Source of the DNA: Octopus sinensis
Lineage: Eukaryota
Length of the DNA stretch: 64,000 nt
Direction: 5' to 3'
Assembly (NCBI RefSeq): GCF_006345805.1
Contig: NC_042999.1
Location: 118,048,001 to 118,112,000 of the forward strand
The notes beneath the pieces are model-generated. The model was not told the DNA's origin, did not search any database, and saw nothing but the letters and a program-made list of their open reading frames with translations. Below are positions 53,899 to 64,000 of the stretch, in pieces (the stretch's first letter is position 1; the number at the start of each line of letters is the position of its first letter). Made by a program: the position numbers and the translations under genes.

Positions 53899-56172
53899 CC
53901 AAATCACAACGTAACGACAATTTTCTTTATATTTGAGGTCTTAGGGCTTACGAGAACGGGCCATAGGAGCTACCATTTATCCTCTGAATAAACCTTTATA
54001 ATTACCGAGGAAAATTATCATTTTAATCCAGTTTTTCATTAAGAAATGTATCCAACGTATATTGTCATTTTTTATGTCGTTCTGAGTTGGCATCAATGTT
54101 TTGATTAGTTTAATTGTGCTTCTGATTATACTTACTTAACTCCTCCAGTAGTACTCAGTATAAAGTCATATATTGTTAAAGATAAAGCATCCGGGCATAA
54201 ACTTTCATTTCAGAAAACAAGCCAAGTAGGCACGAATACCTAGATACGCTTTACAACTACAACGATTTTTATTCGTGTGCACATTGTAACACCTCGGGCA
54301 GTTTCATTCTGTTATAGTATAGAGGCGACCAGTGCTTTCTAAGTGAAATTTGGAAGACGGAAGCTGAATGGAACTACGTCAGAGACTGATGCCGTTCTTG
54401 TGTGACAGAGTTAATCCATCACTCAATTCAACACGACCACTTGGCCCTTGCATGATTTTGGCGAAGTAAACATCGTTGCCAGAATTCGGGCAGTAAGCGG
54501 TTTGAGATTGGCTGTCTTCTTTTCCACTAATCCGACTAAACCATTAAAAGTATACGGAGATACTTCATAAAGATCTGAAATTACAAACAAACACGGTGTG
54601 AACAACTTTGAACAAAGCATCAACATTATTCTTCGCATAGACGAAACTCTGCGACATTGAGTCTACATTCAGAGAAAGAAAGCAAAAACTGATATTGCAA
54701 CACAGTGGTTAAATATAGTATACAAGACTTACAAATACTACAGCGTTGACATTGTAAGTTACTACCAAAAAGATTCTTTATGTCTCCCTCACATTCCCTC
54801 TCTTTACATGTGTGTGTGTGTGTGTATATATATGTGTGTGTGCGCGTGCGTTTGTGTGTACACACATATATCATTTCACAGCCACGAAGAAATGCTAGCT
54901 GGTTGATGAGTTATTGGGGAAATTTTCTCTTGAAATAATTACTCATATAAATATCCTTACTGCATTGTTTGACTTTTAATGTAAAAATAACGTTAACGTA
55001 CGATACTAAAGGCAATTGTATATTTCCCAAAATGTCCTGTGCTTTTAATTATCTTTGTATTGATATGGTTGTAATGGAGGAAATGGGCAGAGAAAAAAAC
55101 TGAAGAAATAACTATGTATTTTATATGTAACAGCGAAAAGCTATAACAAAAATAATATTAGGAATTCTCAAATAGAAATGCTTTCAAATGTGAGCAATAA
55201 AACTGCAATTTGTGTTTGGCTGTTGCGATTTAATCTGATTTTCAAGTAAAAGGGAGAAAAAATATTTATGTAAATTTCGAAGTATGTTTTAGAATAAAAT
55301 TTGGGATATATTATTATCATGATAATAAAGTATATTATTACAAGAAAACACTCTATCTGGAGTTTTTGTAAATAATTAAGAAAGTAAGATTTCATTCTGT
55401 TACACAAGTTTTAAATGGACTAATTATATTATGAAAAGAATGCCTGCATATATGATGTGTAGTCAATCAATATCTGTTTGATGCATTGCTTTTAATTATC
55501 ATTACTATGAATGAAAGCGTGTGGTTTAATTGGTAGGGATACTGCGCTTATGATGATATGGTCCAGAGTTCATTTATTCGACTGAACGTTACATTGTGTT
55601 TTTTTTTTTTTGAGCAAGGCACTACATATCACGGTGCTCTTGTCTACGTGGCAGAAAACGAGTACAAGCTCGAGTGAGAGAGTTGCACTAATCTCAATTT
55701 TGGAACAGCCTTATCTCCCTTCAGCTTTCATAATTGGGATGTTCCATCGAGCCAGATTTAAAAGGGCTAAGAGGTAGGCTTATGCCTACTCACGCCTTCC
55801 TAAATTAGCGAAAACATGGTACATGCTACTAAGTCATACACGTTAGTGAGTGACGTTTATGCTTATGTTTCATCAAAATAAATCGGAAAAGAAAAAGCTG
55901 AATCTGTTTACATCTTCAGTGCGAAATGCTGTAGTCCCATGTATTTTTTATATACTCCTTGAATGAGTACCTTTTATATATGAAGGTAACTATATATGTC
56001 ATTTTATCCTTTTACTGATTTCAGTCATTACATTCTGTTTGTGGCTGGGCAGTTGTACATGTACGGATAGAAAGAAGGAAAGGTAGAAAATAGATAGATC
56101 GATCGATCGATAGATAGATAGATATGTGTGAATATATACAGAAACAGAGACATATAGATTGATAAATATTAA

Positions 56173-56204
<32 letters not shown>

Positions 56205-56767
56205 ATCTTTTATTCTTATAGTGGCATCGGTCATATGACTGCGGCCAAGCTGGGGTACCGCTTTAATTTATTTTCTTTTTGCGTTGCTGTCGCATTCTGG
56301 TTGGAAGTTGGTCTATGATGAGTTTGTAGCAGCTGATCTTCCCCGAGTGTATCTTTGAATGATTGAATGGTCCGGTAGAGTCGTAAGGAGTTTATCCAAC
56401 GTTTTTTCTTTTCTTTTTTTTTATAATGTTTCAGCAGAGAACCCTTTTATATTTCTAATTCCTTTAAGTAGGCAGATGAATAATTGGGGACCTCTAGATA
56501 TCAGACTGGTTCAGTAAAATGTTTTGTTCATTATTTCGAAGGTAGTATATCTGGAAGCTGACAGTGTATACCTGCTTAGGTATTAAAATTCTCTCTCTTA
56601 CTCTCTCTCTCTCTCACACACACACACATATTTATACGCAAGCACACTTATAACACCGAATTACAAAGAAATATAATATCGTATTATTATTCATTGAAAT
56701 TACCACACATATATCAATCCAATAAAAACTAGTAAAAATTAATGGTTATGTATAATAATCATAGAAC

Positions 56768-57458
56768 AAAACTATCAAATAACCTGCACAAGCAACTAAA
56801 ATAATGATATTAACCTTGTATATGCGATCTGAAATACGAACATTAAATCTGAGATGTTTCCTAGATCAAAATTCTTATCATATTCATTGAGCAAGTACTT
56901 TTAAAATGGTTCCATTTAATATAATTTTGTGTTCAGCAGAAAAACAATATGTAGTCTTATTTGCTTTTATTTATTTCTTCTAACGAAAAATTCATTTATT
57001 CACTGCAATCTTTCAATTTTGATTATATATTTTAAGAATATTTTTTTCCTTTTTTTTATCACTATTGCTTCTTGCTTTCTCTTATTCAGTAAAGCGTGCA
57101 AAATCTTGATGAATTTCAGATAAAAATTACCTTGATGCTAAATTTATCCGATTCACTGGCAATAAAATGTTCTGACTATAACCTGAGTGAACAGAATTTA
57201 ATACTCTATTAATGTTTCATGTATTTACTTAGCTTTGTTTAGAGTTTTCTCTTTCTTTCCTTAAAACATTCTGAGTAATTTTCTCCAAAGCTGTTCCACT
57301 GATTTTCAAATGTTTCTAACACAGATCATTTTAAATAGTGGCTTCTATTTCTTTTTACTGTGTTTAAACATCACATACATGTGGCTGCAGTATGCCTATT
57401 CCTATCACAAAACAATCAAATAGCTTGCACAAGCAACTACAATAATGATATTAGCCTT
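56768..57458 (+). repeat. 50 bp direct repeat pair, 641 bp apart
   Basis: 56768-56817 matches 57409-57458 (TGCACAAGCAACTA.AATAATGATATTA.CCTT) with about 5 mismatches. Confidence 0.8.
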
Positions 57459-60184
57459 TATATTACGGCCAAAGTCTAACATACACTTAGATAGCAAGCA
57501 AATTGAATATTCATTATATTAACAGCGATATTCTTAATCGTATTTACTTGTAGATAGGTGGTTTGCACCTGACAATCAAAGAACTATTTACAGTGCACTC
57601 ATAGGATACCAGTTATCGGCTTACTTCAGCTGCAAATCCAATACCCTATCGACTCAAACAATTTTGTTTCACACACACACTCTCTCTCTTTTGCTCTCTC
57701 TCTCCTTTCCCTCACTTACAATCTCTTTCTTGTTTACTCAAACATGCAACATTGACATCGACGACAACAGTTCCTACGTCTATATAAAATCTTTTATGAA
57801 AAAAGAATATATATATTAAAAAGCTTGAACGACGGGGAAGAGTTCCAAGCAGGTCGATAATATTGTTTAAAGTGCAAAAAGCATCACAAATTCCAGGGCC
57901 ACAATTAAGTAAGGTAATATAGAACTGCTCTGTAAATTATTCAGATATGAAATGACATAATAAATACCATATACGGAAAATTCCCTATTATTTGGAAAAA
58001 ATAACAAAACACCTAGCGAAATTATTAGCGACACTAAAAGGAAAATAAATAATCTGAATAAGTTAGAATGAATTTCAGAAATTTAATTTCCTAGCTTAAG
58101 GTGAAATCTGATTTTTGTTTGTAGCAGCCGACAACATCAGCGAAGTATAATGGAACTTGAGCCAGCTCCATAAGTGGGTATAAAAGTTTTTGCATAAAGA
58201 AAAAGAGTGACAAAACATTTTGGCCTATGGTAATTTACATTACTAAAAAAGAATAAATGAATAAAAGCTAATGGAAATAGTTTAAGTGAGCCGTCACCAT
58301 GAGGTGTAAACAAGAATTACTAAGATTTATCGTTTTCTATTTGCAATTAAGAAGGAAGTTTCTTTTTAACTCTAGAAAACATGAAAAAAGTTACATAAAC
58401 ACATGAAGTTGATCACACATGACCAAGTTAATTTTTCATTGAAAAATATTTACAAAACAAAAATAATTAACACACTTCAAGCACAAATCGGTTTCCTCTC
58501 TGTGACTTTCACATGCAAAAAATTTGATATTTTTGACAAATAATAATATTCTTTTAAATTATTTTTGAAACAACAAATCCAGCGAAATTTTCATGTTTTT
58601 ATCTCTCTCCTTCTCTCTCTTAGATACTGAAATTATTTCTTCAGTTTCTTCAACCAGCATTTTAAGAAATTCGCGTCTAGATTGGAGGCTGCCGAAGCGA
58701 GCACACACACATGCACGCGCATACACAGCCACAAACATATGTCAACCAACAAAAATTACGATCATCATTATCATAGCAACTCATGACTACTATTAAAGTT
58801 TTCAAACAAGCAACACCGTACTATTTTCAAAACTGGGGCTACGCAGAGACGTTGACTGCTTTCTACTTTTGTATACAAGTTGATCCTTATGAAAAGCTGA
58901 ATTTTTCTTGAGATTTCAGAGAAAATTGGAATCCTACATGCTACTATGTCATTGGAAACCAGAGGTTGTAAACTTCTTATATTAATGACTCCTTGAAGGA
59001 GTCGATGGTAACTTATCGATCACCATCCTGTAAATTTCTAAAACATAATTAAAAACTATAATGAATGAAACAATTTCTTTTTTTTTTAAGCAATAATTCC
59101 TTCAATTTTAGTGTCATTGCTGCTTTTTAATAAGAAATATCTAAAAATATTTAGTGAAAACACATAAAGAAATTGATAAAGCACATTAAAAATTCAGTTA
59201 TATTGTCAGAGTATTTAACGTGAAATGTGTTTGGTGAAAACTAGTTATTGCATTTTGACAGGAAATCACTGAATTCTTGTCTTAAATTACTACGCTTTTC
59301 CAGATTCACTTCGCTAATAATCCAGCGCCCTTAATACTCAAAACCATTTGACGTGTTTATTGACCCCCTCGGGTAGCTACATAGCCTCCCCACCTCGCCC
59401 CCGGTTCAATATTGACCACTTTGCCCCACCTGTTCTAGCTTACACTCAGCCACATTATTCGTAACACAAAACTTTCGCTATTCTCTTCATTCAAACATCC
59501 GTCTATTAAACGTATTACACGACTCAGAACTTTCTTTTCGATCGTTGTTTGGCGATCACTTCATCACAACTTAGCCATATAGCAACTGAGACACAAGCAT
59601 TTAGCCTGTGACCAGATTCCAGGACCATAATTCTTCAATTTACATTGACACATTTTAGTTCATTGTCATATTTCAGAACTTTTACTTAACGTTTTAAAAT
59701 TCTTTTAAAATATTTGTTTATTTACAATATTTCTTTACAAAATCTACCCCGTTACCAACCATTTGACAGCTCTCTTACTCTCTCTCTCTCTCTCTTTCTC
59801 TCTCTGTATGACTTTGACACATTGCTAAGTTAGATTATTCAACACAGTTGACGTCTACATCTTACACAAGTTACCAACAATCGCTTGTTATTCTTTTCCT
59901 GATGTTAAGAAATGCAAATGTACTTTTTGTCGCAACCGTTAGGTGCTTTTTGTTTATAATTGGTTTTACTCAAATTTCTATGTGTCAGAAGTTTCCTTGA
60001 CTGAGCTGAAACAAAATAAACATTTTCGCATTGCATGCGCACGCGCACACACACACACACACACAAGCCCTTTTCTGTAAATCTGTTTACCTAGCGTAAA
60101 CTAAATATATATTATACTGTTCAAATTTTGTTACTGCCTGTTACTGGTAAATTCTCATTTTTGCATCTAAAATACTGGCGTAAA

Positions 60185-60350
60185 ATTTTGGAAAAAGGCC
60201 CGCAATTTCAGGGTAGGATATAAATCGATTACATCAACTAGTGCTTATCTTATCGAACCTGAAAGGATGAAAGGGAAATTCGACCTCGGCGAAATTTGAA
60301 CTCAGAACATAAAGATGGAAGAAATTACGTTAAGCATTTTGCCATTTTAT
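60185..60350 (-). mobile_element. SINE
   Basis: Same family as 44185. Confidence 0.75.
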
Positions 60351-61457
60351 GCCGTGAAAATTTAAGCTTCAAATCTATATTTTTCATTGTAGCATTTTGC
60401 ATTCCGTGTTAGATATAGGTTTTATAGACAAAAATCATATTCTTAAAATTTTCAACACGTTCAAACACGTTCAAGACAATATGTACAATTTTGTGTTAAT
60501 ATATAAGCAAAACAGCTCATAAGACCAATGCTTGGTGCGTGCGTGTGCGCTCTTACACCGACTGTTAGACGTGTATTGTTTGTTTTGTCCTTTTATGCCC
60601 AGTAAATTAGTGGATCGACAAATTAGAAACCGACAAGGTAAGTACCAGATTAAAATAGCTACTGGGGATGATATCTAAAACTAAAATCCTTTGGAGACTC
60701 TGTTCCAAGATGGCCATAATCAATTGACTAAAAGCAATAAATTAAATAATAGTAAAGTTTCATTGCAACTATTTACAACTGATCTGGAGTATTTAGTTAA
60801 TTTAGTGCTTTTGTTGTAAGAATTGTAAATGTTATGCATAAAATTCGAAATTAATATAATTGTATTGAATGAAGTCTAATGCTTCAAATTCAAACCTATT
60901 ATGCCTTTTTGGTTCATGGATGAAATTGTTGTTATAATGAGTTTTTGAAAGTACCACAGACAATTTTCTATCTGTGCAGCGTACCTTGTTCAGGCTTGTC
61001 TAGTGGAACTATTCCTTCTTTAAGTTATGTCAAAGAAGAATTTAAACTCACAAGTACAAGGCTGTAAAACAATTATTTCCTTGCACTTAATGTAAAAAGT
61101 CCGAGTTAAATCTCCCTCGAATTATTATTTACTGTCTTTCAAAATGGATGGTTACATTGGACAACATAGTAAAAAAATATAATGCATCCTAGAAAAACAC
61201 AGAATGGTCACGGCTAAAACACCTTTAGGTCATATGTCTCTACAACCAAGGCAAACTTGGGCTAAACAGCAAAATCAACTTAGTAAATTTGTACCCCTCT
61301 ATGATTATTTAGAGGAAGATGGATTTAGTGGAAAGTAGTGAAAAATCTTATTGGGCCTTCGCTGTGGTTGTATATGTTATTTCACTTTGGTTATTTATTT
61401 TCTATAAGACCTTATGGGTAAGCTTGGATACAGTAATTACTTGTGATTGTAGTTCGT

Positions 61458-61785
61458 GAAAGGAGCATGACACAGTGGTTAGAGTGTCGCAATCATAAGG
61501 TCGTGGGTTCGATTCACGGACCGGGCTGTGTGTTGTGTTCTTGAGCAAAACACTTTATTTCCCGTTGCTCCACTTCACACAGCTGCAGAAATGAGTTGGA
61601 CGTCACTGGTGCCAAGCCGTATTGGCCTTTGCCTTTCCCTTGGATAACATCAGTGTTGTAGAGAGGGGAGACTAGCATGCATAGGTTACTGTTGGTCTTT
61701 CATAAACAACCTTGCCCGGACTTGTGCTTTTTTGATGCAATCCCGTGGTCATTCTTGAACGAAGCGGGGTCTTCTCCGGTTCATG
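61458..61785 (+). mobile_element. tRNA-derived SINE
   Basis: A box ..ACAGTGGTTAGAG and B box GGTTCGATTC. Confidence 0.85.
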
Positions 61786-62904
61786 AAAGGCCAAATTTTT
61801 TCCTTCACGCATTTTAAGAAGTTAGATTCACAACTACGTCATTTGGGATTCACTCCCACTGCACGGCACATTGGGCATAGATAGATAGAAAGAAAGAAAG
61901 ATAGATACATACATACATACATACATGCCTACATATATGTATGCATGTGTTTGTGTATGCCTTTGTGTTTGTCCTACACCACTTGACAACCGGTGTTGCT
62001 TCGTTTACATTGCTTAAATTTAGTTCTGCGACGAAGTGAACGGTAGTATAAGAACCATATTTAAATAGTATAAATAGTTTGATCAGCTAAAACCACTCAA
62101 GGCATAGCCCCAGCAGAGCTTAAATCCAAGCAATATGTTGTTGATTACCTATCCGTGACTGTAAGCTTTAAACACTAGATTATAAGTTGAGTGAAATTCT
62201 ACTGGGTGTTATTTCTAGGCAGTTAAGCGACCAATTAAAGGATATTTTAACGGTTCATTACTTTCTTGTCTTCAAATAAGAATTAAGTGTGATATTTTCA
62301 GTTGGAAATGTATAAATCAACAGGATCACGTTATAATATATTTTACGTGTATTTCGAACACAACTCATTATGGCAACACAGGAAATTGACAATGTCCCGT
62401 GAAGTGTGTTTTAGTACAGTTATTGCAGATAATGCATTATATAATATATATAGTACACTTCATCTAATCCAATTTTCCTACGTATACTTTATATTGACAG
62501 GTTCTCTTTCACAATTTGCCCAAAAAGTTCCAAATTATCACTGACAGAATTCTTATCACTAATAATTAGAAAATACTTCGTTAATCGATTTAACTAGTAT
62601 ATATTAAAATTTAATGATAATTTTCTTCTTGCAAGCTTTATATTGAATGATAATTAATATAAGATCTGTCAGCAATAATTTATTAAGAATTATAAATGGT
62701 TTGATGAAGAGTACATGAATGATTCAAGTGTCCCACTAAATTATGAACATAAAATCATCAAATAAACTTTCAAAATCCTCAATATCTGATTACCGTATTA
62801 TATGGTAATAAATTATATATATATGTGTGTGTGCGTGTATGTATGTATTATGTTCGAACGATTGATAGCTGTATACTTCGACAGCTAGACCTCTTGTTCT
62901 TCAA

Positions 62905-63125
62905 AAGTTGAATACTCTTTTACTCTTTTACTTGTTTCAGTCATTTGACTGTGACCATCCTGGAGCACCCCCTTTAGTCAAGCAAATCGACCCCAGGACT
63001 TATTCTTTGTAATCCTAGTACTTATTCTATCGGTCTCTTTTGCCAAACCGCTAAGTTACGGGGACGTAAACACACCAGCATCGGTTGTCAAGCGATGTGG
63101 GCGGGGTTGGGCAAACACAGACACA
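62905..63125 (-). mobile_element. 3' half of the bipartite SINE
   Basis: Reverse complement of the 11340-11510 sequence. Confidence 0.88.
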
Positions 63126-63129
63126 CAAA

Positions 63130-63565
<436 letters not shown>

Positions 63566-63662
63566 GGAGTAAACACATAAATGTGAAACAAGGTGGAAAA
63601 AAGAGTACTCAAATACCAGTGGTAGAGTAATATGCTTTATTTTAAGCAGCAGAAAATTCAAC

Positions 63663-63709
63663 AAAATCTGTTACTCTGAGTTTCTCGTTGCCGTTCATCA
63701 GACAGTTTT
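63663..63709 (-). ncRNA. Type I hammerhead ribozyme motif (mirror copy)
   Basis: Exact reverse complement of 63830-63876. Confidence 0.8.
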
Positions 63710-63829
63710 TGCTAGAATGGAACCGATATATCAATTCAATCTATACTCTTACAAACGCTACACAGGTGTACAAAGGTGTAGCGTTTGTAAGAGTATAGAT
63801 TGAATTGATATATCGGTTCCATTCTAGCA

Positions 63830-63876
63830 AAAACTGTCTGATGAACGGCAACGAGAAACTCAGAGTAACAGATTTT
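63830..63876 (+). ncRNA. Type I hammerhead ribozyme motif
   Basis: AAAACTGT-CTGATGA (63838-63844)-ACG gcaa CGA-GAAA-CTCAGAG-TA-ACAGATTTT; predicted cut after 63867. Confidence 0.8.
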
Positions 63877-63903
63877 GTTGAATTTTCTGCTGCTTAAAAT
63901 AAA

Positions 63904-63934
<31 letters not shown>

Positions 63935-63938
<4 letters not shown>

Positions 63939-63990
63939 CCCGGAACCATGTGGTTCGTGAGCAAGCTACTTATCACACAGCCACTCCTAT
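63935..63990 (-). mobile_element. 5' head of the bipartite SINE
   Basis: GAACCATGTGGTT...GCAAGCTACTTATCACACAGCCACTCC, matching 53494-53538. Confidence 0.75.
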
Positions 63991-64000
63991 AATTTTTTTT

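Larger units (their letters stand above)
63563..63904 (-). mobile_element. PLE-type terminal-repeat element with a perfect 129 bp fold-back, flanked by (TA)n
   Basis: 63635-63763 is the exact reverse complement of 63776-63904 (12 nt spacer). A 72 bp unpaired tail lies at 63563-63634. Confidence 0.78.

Noticed and set aside
57540-57680. Possible exon RWFAPDNQRTIYSALIG
   Set aside because: No donor site and no recognisable homology; consistent with chance.

Overview
Very AT-rich, microsatellite-dense eukaryotic DNA. The SINE families and microsatellite style look like a coleoid cephalopod, most likely Octopus; this is recognition from memory, not a database result. I cannot support any intact host protein-coding gene, so the window reads as intergenic or deep intronic. 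Most listed ORFs are artefacts of (TA)n, (CATA)n, (GATA)n, (CA)n and (AAT)n tracts. Recognisable content is transposon-derived: Tc1/mariner and pogo ends, many tRNA-derived SINEs, RTE, Jockey-like and R4/Dong-clade LINE fragments, Ty3/Gypsy relics, Helitron-like non-autonomous elements and Penelope-like element (PLE) fragments. The most striking unexplained structure is a set of short, ORF-less, PLE-type terminal-repeat elements that carry type I hammerhead ribozyme motifs. Three sit in (TA)n tracts and are built as fold-backs (551-878, 63348-63527, 63635-63904), two with perfect 129-163 bp arms that put a hammerhead on both strands. There are also an older diverged fold-back (3248-3640), two relic hammerheads, and hammerhead variants with a greatly enlarged helix II. 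Other items of interest are a pre-miRNA-like hairpin, several other inverted repeats, and R4-clade LINEs abutting different microsatellites. TE and SINE boundaries are approximate (tens of bp).
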